Virus record (IMG/VR): IMGVR_UViG_3300042326_001281
Origin: an uncultured virus (IMG/VR IMGVR_UViG_3300042326_001281)
Taxonomy: Duplodnaviria; Heunggongvirae; Uroviricota; Caudoviricetes
Length of the DNA: 64,000 nucleotides
Reading direction: 5' to 3' (one strand)
The notes below the pieces were generated by a model. The model was not told the origin of the DNA. It searched no databases and saw only the letters and a list, made by a program, of their open reading frames with translations. Below, piece by piece: positions 58,833 to 64,000 of this stretch. The stretch's first letter is position 1; the number at the start of each line of letters is the position of its first letter. The position numbers were made by a program, and so were the translations under genes.

Positions 58833-59609
58833 ATGACAAAGAATCTATTATCATCACTGATGACTAAACCTAAGAATACTAAATTGAATGCACGCAAGTT
58901 TGTTAAGATGCTTAACTCTGCATATCAAAACTCTAATACAAATAAAGAGTTTAAGAAGAAAGTTTCTTTTGCTCCTAGCACTATTGGATATGGGCATGGT
59001 ACATGCGCTAGATACTGGTGGATTGCTTTTAATGGGGCGGAATTTACAGAAAATATTCCTGCCGCTAATATTGCATCAATGCGATCTGGAACTGCCGCTC
59101 ATGAACGCATAGAAAAACTTGTTGAATCTACAGGTTTATTAAAACAGAATGAAAGAGAGATTAAAAACACCGACCCTCCTATAAGAGGATTCGCTGACCT
59201 AGTACTGGAGGTTGATAATGAAGAGATTATCGGTGAAATCAAAACGATCAAAGACCAATATTTCATTCAAAGAAAGGGTGAAGGACACCCTTCTCCAAGC
59301 CATCTTCTTCAATTATTAGTTTATATGAAAATTGAGGGGGTAGATGAGGGATTCATTTTGTATGAAAATAAAAATGACAATGAATTACTTTGCCTTCCCA
59401 TTGAGATGAATGATAAGAATAAAGAATATATTGAGTATGTGTTTTCTTGGATGCAAGAGGTTCGTGAATCATATAAAAACAATACTCCCCCCAAACGAGG
59501 GTACACAAAGTCTACCTGGACCTGTAAAGGATGCCCAGTATCAGAGGCATGTGAAGAGCGTGAGGATGGTCAGGTAAAGATTACTAATCTCAAAGTGGGT
59601 GTTGAGTGA
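58833..59609 (+). CDS. Cas4-like PD-(D/E)xK exonuclease
   Basis: C...GTAAH...D...EIKT...QxxxY...CKGCPVSEAC (1+3 Cys pattern). Confidence 0.8.
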   Translation: MTKNLLSSLMTKPKNTKLNARKFVKMLNSAYQNSNTNKEFKKKVSFAPSTIGYGHGTCARYWWIAFNGAEFTENIPAANIASMRSGTAAHERIEKLVESTGLLKQNEREIKNTDPPIRGFADLVLEVDNEEIIGEIKTIKDQYFIQRKGEGHPSPSHLLQLLVYMKIEGVDEGFILYENKNDNELLCLPIEMNDKNKEYIEYVFSWMQEVRESYKNNTPPKRGYTKSTWTCKGCPVSEACEEREDGQVKITNLKVGVE

Positions 59610-59902
59610 AAAACTGTGCCAATTGTGGGCAGCCATTTGAATCTAATAAAAAGAATCAAAAATATTGCACTCCAGCCTGTTGTCGTTTAGCGACAAACAA
59701 AAAAATAATGACCAAGTATTATGAAAATAAAAGAAGGCTAAGTGGAGAAAAAAGATACTGTGAGTGTGGTCAATTACTTAGTAGGTATAATGAAGATGTT
59801 AAATGTTTTATCTGTAGCGATAATGAAAAAACAAAAGATAGAAATGAAATCCTAGAGGTTATTAAAAGTGTCATTAAAAAAACTAATAAAACAAAACGCT
59901 AG
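59606..59902 (+). CDS. Zn-finger protein
   Basis: CANC...YC...C, CEC and CFIC. Confidence 0.6.
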   Translation: MKNCANCGQPFESNKKNQKYCTPACCRLATNKKIMTKYYENKRRLSGEKRYCECGQLLSRYNEDVKCFICSDNEKTKDRNEILEVIKSVIKKTNKTKR

Positions 59903-60434
59903 TACAGTCTTGGGAGTGGATTCATCTACTAATTCCTTTGCCTTCTGCCTGTTTGACGGCAAGCCAATTAAATGGGGCAAGGTAGAATTTCATGGAAACA
60001 ATATCTATGACAAAGTAATTGATTGTAGGGATAAGATTCCTTTTATTAAAGAGGAAGTCAAGCCAGATTATATTTGTATAGAGTCCGCCATCATGGTAAA
60101 ATCTCAAGCAGTTGCTATTCACATGGCTATGATTGTAGGGGCATTAGTTGGAGGATTGGCTAAGGATTCTAATAGCATTATTACAGTCCCTCCGATTCAA
60201 TGGCAGTCATATATAGGTAATAAAAATTTAACAAAGGCTGATAAAGAGGGAATTAAATTAGAATTTCCTGGCAAATCAGACAATTGGTACAGAAATTATT
60301 CAAGAACTTTAAGAAAGCAAAAAACTTTAGATTATTTTAATAATAAATTTAATATTAATGTGACTGATAACGATGTTGGAGATGCATTTGGATTAGCCTA
60401 TTATGCACATATGAATTTGGTTAATCATGTCTAA
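59868..60434 (+). CDS. RuvC-like resolvase
   Basis: VLGVDSS, CIE and DVGDA acidic motifs. Confidence 0.75.
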   Translation: MSLKKLIKQNASTVLGVDSSTNSFAFCLFDGKPIKWGKVEFHGNNIYDKVIDCRDKIPFIKEEVKPDYICIESAIMVKSQAVAIHMAMIVGALVGGLAKDSNSIITVPPIQWQSYIGNKNLTKADKEGIKLEFPGKSDNWYRNYSRTLRKQKTLDYFNNKFNINVTDNDVGDAFGLAYYAHMNLVNHV

Positions 60435-60594
60435 ATTATATGAAAATAAAAGTTATCTTGCTAAAAGATACCTTGTAGATAAAAAATCTTTAGAAGAGAT
60501 TGCTAAAGAATGTGGGGTAAGTCATCAGACTATCTATCGCTACTTAGTAAAACATAATCTCATCCGTGACCCTAGAAAGTTTGGTAAAAAATGA
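60427..60594 (+). CDS. 55-aa HTH protein, not in the ORF track
   Basis: MSKLYENKSYLAKRYLVDKKSLEEIAKECGVSHQTIYRYLVKHNLIRDPRKFGKK. Confidence 0.75.
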   Translation: MSKLYENKSYLAKRYLVDKKSLEEIAKECGVSHQTIYRYLVKHNLIRDPRKFGKK

Positions 60595-60935
60595 TTGAAC
60601 AAAACCTACAGCGCATGTATGCTGAGAAAATTATGGACGATATAAAAGAAGGTGTGCAGTTAATTCCTCGCAACACTGTTGAGATGGCAATTCAAGATGA
60701 ATGCCATAGGGTTACCACCCTACTGATAGAAAAAAATCGATCATATGGTAATTCAGCACTTAACCCCGTAAGAGTATTTTCACGGTCGGACACAACTGAG
60801 CAATTGAAAGTTCGTATAGATGATAAGTTATCTAGATTTATGAATGGTGATGACACCTTTAAAGAAAATGATCTTGACGATCTTATGGGTTATCTGGTAT
60901 TATTGAGTATTGCACTAAAGGAGACATGGAAGTAA
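60591..60935 (+). CDS. DUF1599 / nucleotide-modification-associated domain 1-like protein
   Basis: KNRSYGNS...RIDDKLSR...DLMGY. Confidence 0.65.
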   Translation: MIEQNLQRMYAEKIMDDIKEGVQLIPRNTVEMAIQDECHRVTTLLIEKNRSYGNSALNPVRVFSRSDTTEQLKVRIDDKLSRFMNGDDTFKENDLDDLMGYLVLLSIALKETWK

Positions 60936-61111
60936 TGCCTTTATATACATACTATTGTAATGTTTGTGATAAAGATCTAGAGGTTATTTCTAGTATTGAA
61001 AAAAGAGACACACAAAAATGCGATAGTTGTGGTTACTCATTAATTAGAAATATCGATAGGCCAGGTTTAGTATGGGCACCAACTCGCGGCGGTAGCGGAT
61101 TCGCTACCTGA
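60935..61111 (+). CDS. FmdB-family Zn-ribbon protein
   Basis: MPLYTYYCNVC...CDSCG; TAATG coupling. Confidence 0.7.
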   Translation: MPLYTYYCNVCDKDLEVISSIEKRDTQKCDSCGYSLIRNIDRPGLVWAPTRGGSGFAT

Positions 61112-61122
61112 TAGGAGATAGC

Positions 61123-61425
61123 ATGTCTAGAAAGAAAAGTGAACCTATAGAGGAACGAACCCACTATGGGGTAAACTCAGACATATCTGTTTTCCATGAA
61201 CTAAAGTTTGGCAAGGAATTAATTAAACCAGGGGACATGCTTAAGTTTAAAGATGTTAAAGGTACATTTAGATTTATTCAACTTGCCCACAATGTTAAAA
61301 AAGATATTACCTGGATCGACTGCTACAGCCCTTCTACTGGAGAGTACCGATCATTTTATGTAGATCGACTAAAGGGTCCAGTGTATGCTAAAAAAAGTAT
61401 TAGAAAGAAGATGAATGTCAACTGA
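61123..61425 (+). CDS. Hypothetical protein
   Basis: AGGAG SD; SH3-like beta pattern. Confidence 0.5.
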   Translation: MSRKKSEPIEERTHYGVNSDISVFHELKFGKELIKPGDMLKFKDVKGTFRFIQLAHNVKKDITWIDCYSPSTGEYRSFYVDRLKGPVYAKKSIRKKMNVN

Positions 61426-61933
61426 AATAGTTCTAGCAGAACGCTGGGAGAAAATTAATAGAGTTGTTGATGTGTTCTTAAAAGGAACAACTAATCCTGC
61501 TGCTATTGCTAAAACTACTGGATTTAAAAGAACGGAAGTTCAAGAGTATTTAAATGAGTGGCGTTCAGTCATTCAAAGTGATAGACAGGTTCAGATGCGT
61601 GCTAGAGAGGCTTTAGCAGGAGCCGACAGACACTACTCTATGCTTATTGAAGAGGGTTGGGATGTAATTAATCAGGCGGGTCTGACTTCAGACCTTGCTA
61701 AAAAAACAGCGGGAATCAAGATCGTAGCAGACATTCAGCAAAAGCAAATTGATATGTTGCAAAAAGCAGGACTAATTGAAGATAGCGAGATTGCTCAACA
61801 GATCATTGAAACAGAGCGTAAGCAAGAAGTTCTTGTTAAAATTCTTAAAGAAGTGGTGGCGGACTGTGATCATTGTAAGCGTGATGTTGCAAAAAGACTT
61901 GAAGAAGTAACTGGGAAGGCAGAAGGATTCTAG
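61415..61933 (+). CDS. Putative terminase small subunit
   Basis: N-terminal HTH-like segment, helical, coupled to the large terminase. Confidence 0.5.
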   Translation: MSTEIVLAERWEKINRVVDVFLKGTTNPAAIAKTTGFKRTEVQEYLNEWRSVIQSDRQVQMRAREALAGADRHYSMLIEEGWDVINQAGLTSDLAKKTAGIKIVADIQQKQIDMLQKAGLIEDSEIAQQIIETERKQEVLVKILKEVVADCDHCKRDVAKRLEEVTGKAEGF

Positions 61934-63708
61934 TGTTTGATGATTTTTTATCCGCGCTAGAAGAGGATGAGTTTGATGAACATCCAGTAGCAATTGAAGA
62001 ATTTGTTACAAATGAACAATATCTACACCTACCTCCATTATCTTCCTATCAATATCATTCTATTAAAGCAATGACTCAAATCTATAAAAAAGAAACTCTC
62101 ATTAAATTATATGGTGAAGAAGAAGGTGTTAAGAGATACCGACAAACTTGTAATGAAGTTATCCTGCAATTAGGAAAGGGTTCTGGAAAAGATTACCTTT
62201 CTACTATTTCTGTTACCTATCTTGTATATTTATTACTATGCCTTAAAGATCCCGCCAAGTATTTTGGTAAACCTCCAGGTGATGCAATTGATATTATTAA
62301 TATTGCTATTAACTCAGAGCAGGCAAAAAATGTTTTCTTCAAGGGTTTCCGTAAAAGAATTGAGGACTCTCCTTGGTTTACTGGAAAGTTTAGTATTACC
62401 GCCCAAAGCGTAACATTTGATAAATCTATTACTTGTCACTCAGGGCATTCAGAGAGAGAGTCTTGGGAGGGATATAATGTTATCTGTGTGATCCTTGATG
62501 AGATTTCTGGGTTTAGTACAGTATCTACCAGTGGAAATGAACAGTCAAAGACTGGTCAGGCGATCTATGACATGTATAGGGCCTCTGTAGATTCCCGATT
62601 CCCTGACTTTGGAAAGGTCGTGTTATTATCTTTTCCACGATATAAAAATGATTTTATTCAACAACGATATGATGCAGTTGTGGCGGACAAAGAAGTTATC
62701 ATTAAGTCATATACCTTTAAACTAGATGATGAACTAGACGATGTGAAAGAAAATGAATTCTCTATTGAGTGGGAAGAAGATCAAATTAATGCATACAAAT
62801 ATCCAAAAGTTTTTGCATTAAAAAGACCAACTTGGGACATTAATCCTACCCGATCGATCAACGATTTTAAGATTGCATTCTATAATAATCCAGTAGATGC
62901 TTTAGGTAGATTTGCCTGTATGCCACCAGACGCTGTTGATGCATTCTTTAAATCAAAAGAAAAGATTATGACATGCTTTAATCAACCAATGAATGGCGTG
63001 GACGATGATGGAAGGTTTAAAGACTGGTTCCTTCCACAAGAGGGTAAAGAATACTACATACATGTTGACCTAGCCCAAAAACATGACCATTGTGCAGTAT
63101 CTATGGCGCACGTTGACAGATGGGTGCATATTAAAAGTTTTATGCAGCATAATGTAGTTAGCCCAGTAGTAGTTGTTGATTGTGTGAGATGGTGGACTCC
63201 AACGTCAGATAAATCTGTAGACTTTTCTGAAGTAAAACAATTCATTGTTGACCTAAGATCAAGAGGGTTTAATATTAGAAAAGTAACATTTGATAGATGG
63301 AACTCTCACGACATTATGACAGAATTAAAAATGATTGGTATTGACGCAGAGACTCTTTCCGTAGCCAAAAAACACTATGACGATATGGCTATGTTAGTTG
63401 GAGAAGAAAGAATTATTGGGCCAAGCATTAAACTTCTTACAGATGAATTACTTCAATTAAGAATTTTAAGGGATAAAGTAGACCACCCCAGAAAGGGAAG
63501 TAAAGACCTCTCTGACGCAGTATGCGGAGCAATATATAACGCAATATCAAATACTAGAAAGCAGTCAGAAGAAGCAGAGATTGAAGTTCATACATATAAA
63601 CAATTTATTAGAGACCAGCAGCGGGAGGAAGCAGAAAAAAATGTTATTCGACCCCCAGCACAAAACTCTAATATCGATGACTACATAAATAGCATTGGAA
63701 TGATTTAA
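61933..63708 (+). CDS. Terminase large subunit
   Basis: LGKGSGKD Walker A; ILDE Walker B; HVDLA; FDRWNS; KDLSDA. Confidence 0.9.
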   Translation: MFDDFLSALEEDEFDEHPVAIEEFVTNEQYLHLPPLSSYQYHSIKAMTQIYKKETLIKLYGEEEGVKRYRQTCNEVILQLGKGSGKDYLSTISVTYLVYLLLCLKDPAKYFGKPPGDAIDIINIAINSEQAKNVFFKGFRKRIEDSPWFTGKFSITAQSVTFDKSITCHSGHSERESWEGYNVICVILDEISGFSTVSTSGNEQSKTGQAIYDMYRASVDSRFPDFGKVVLLSFPRYKNDFIQQRYDAVVADKEVIIKSYTFKLDDELDDVKENEFSIEWEEDQINAYKYPKVFALKRPTWDINPTRSINDFKIAFYNNPVDALGRFACMPPDAVDAFFKSKEKIMTCFNQPMNGVDDDGRFKDWFLPQEGKEYYIHVDLAQKHDHCAVSMAHVDRWVHIKSFMQHNVVSPVVVVDCVRWWTPTSDKSVDFSEVKQFIVDLRSRGFNIRKVTFDRWNSHDIMTELKMIGIDAETLSVAKKHYDDMAMLVGEERIIGPSIKLLTDELLQLRILRDKVDHPRKGSKDLSDAVCGAIYNAISNTRKQSEEAEIEVHTYKQFIRDQQREEAEKNVIRPPAQNSNIDDYINSIGMI

Positions 63709-64000
63709 ATGGATATGAATGAAGAACTCATAGAAATTTTTCTAGAAAAAGGGTACATTGAAGTAGTAGGATATAATCCTGTAGGAGATCCAGTATATAA
63801 AATTACTAAAAAGTTTTATGAAGAACAAAAAGAACTCTTAGCCGATATGAAAAAAATGGATTCAGACATTTTAAATTCTATATGGTTTAAGGGATACATA
63901 GATTTAAAGATGGATGAGGAAGGAAATGCTTTTGTTTATCTAACAGATAAATCAGAAGTCTGGGTTGACTCAGAAGATTTAACAGAAGATGAAAAATCAA
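63709..64000 (+). CDS. Hypothetical protein, 3'-truncated
   Basis: ATG 63709 opens MDMNEELIEIFLEKGYIEVVG..., which runs to the window end. Confidence 0.55.
   Translation, partial: MDMNEELIEIFLEKGYIEVVGYNPVGDPVYKITKKFYEEQKELLADMKKMDSDILNSIWFKGYIDLKMDEEGNAFVYLTDKSEVWVDSEDLTEDEKS

Noticed and set aside
58833..59609. Cas4-like gene as evidence of a CRISPR-Cas system
   Set aside because: No repeat-spacer array or other cas genes; solo Cas4-like nucleases are common in phage recombination modules.
2031..63245. Numerous short minus-strand ORFs in the track
   Set aside because: They lie antisense to well-supported genes and lack motifs or start signals; only 1552, 13270 and 13999 were retained.
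1879..63708. Inteins or introns in RNR, DnaB, DnaE, RecA or terminase
   Set aside because: Protein lengths are ordinary, ORFs are uninterrupted, and I saw no C...HN-[CST] splice motifs.
1..64000. Stop-codon reassignment, tRNA genes or integrase
   Set aside because: Genes are full length in the standard code with TAA, TAG and TGA all used as stops. Intergenic gaps are short and show no cloverleaf. No recombinase motif was seen.

Overview
This window is about 64 kb of an AT-rich, densely coding tailed-phage genome (Caudoviricetes, long non-contractile tail), almost entirely on the + strand. Gene content and order resemble large lytic actinobacteriophages. The order is: endolysin end and holin-like gene; class II ribonucleotide reductase; a ~14 kb block of fibre/decoration genes containing a 2OG-Fe(II) oxygenase/Cys-rich protein cassette; portal, protease-scaffold and major capsid; neck, tail tube and frameshifted chaperones; a 2603-aa tape measure with transglycosylase and NlpC/P60 domains; tail tip; an HNH endonuclease; a replication/recombination block (DnaB, DnaG, SSB, DnaE, RecA, resolvases, Cas4-like nuclease); and terminase. 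An Actinomycetota host is inferred from gene content and several apparently leaderless promoters. I saw no tRNA, rRNA, CRISPR array, integrase or reverse transcriptase. The most interesting signals are (1) a possible virion-protein modification system (active and dead 2OG oxygenases, two paralogous conserved proteins, a Cys-rich putative adhesin, Pro/Asn-rich repeats, and a pervasive [S/T]-A-S motif in exterior virion proteins) and (2) strong avoidance of AGCT and CCGG. All family assignments come from motif recognition by eye; no database searches were run.
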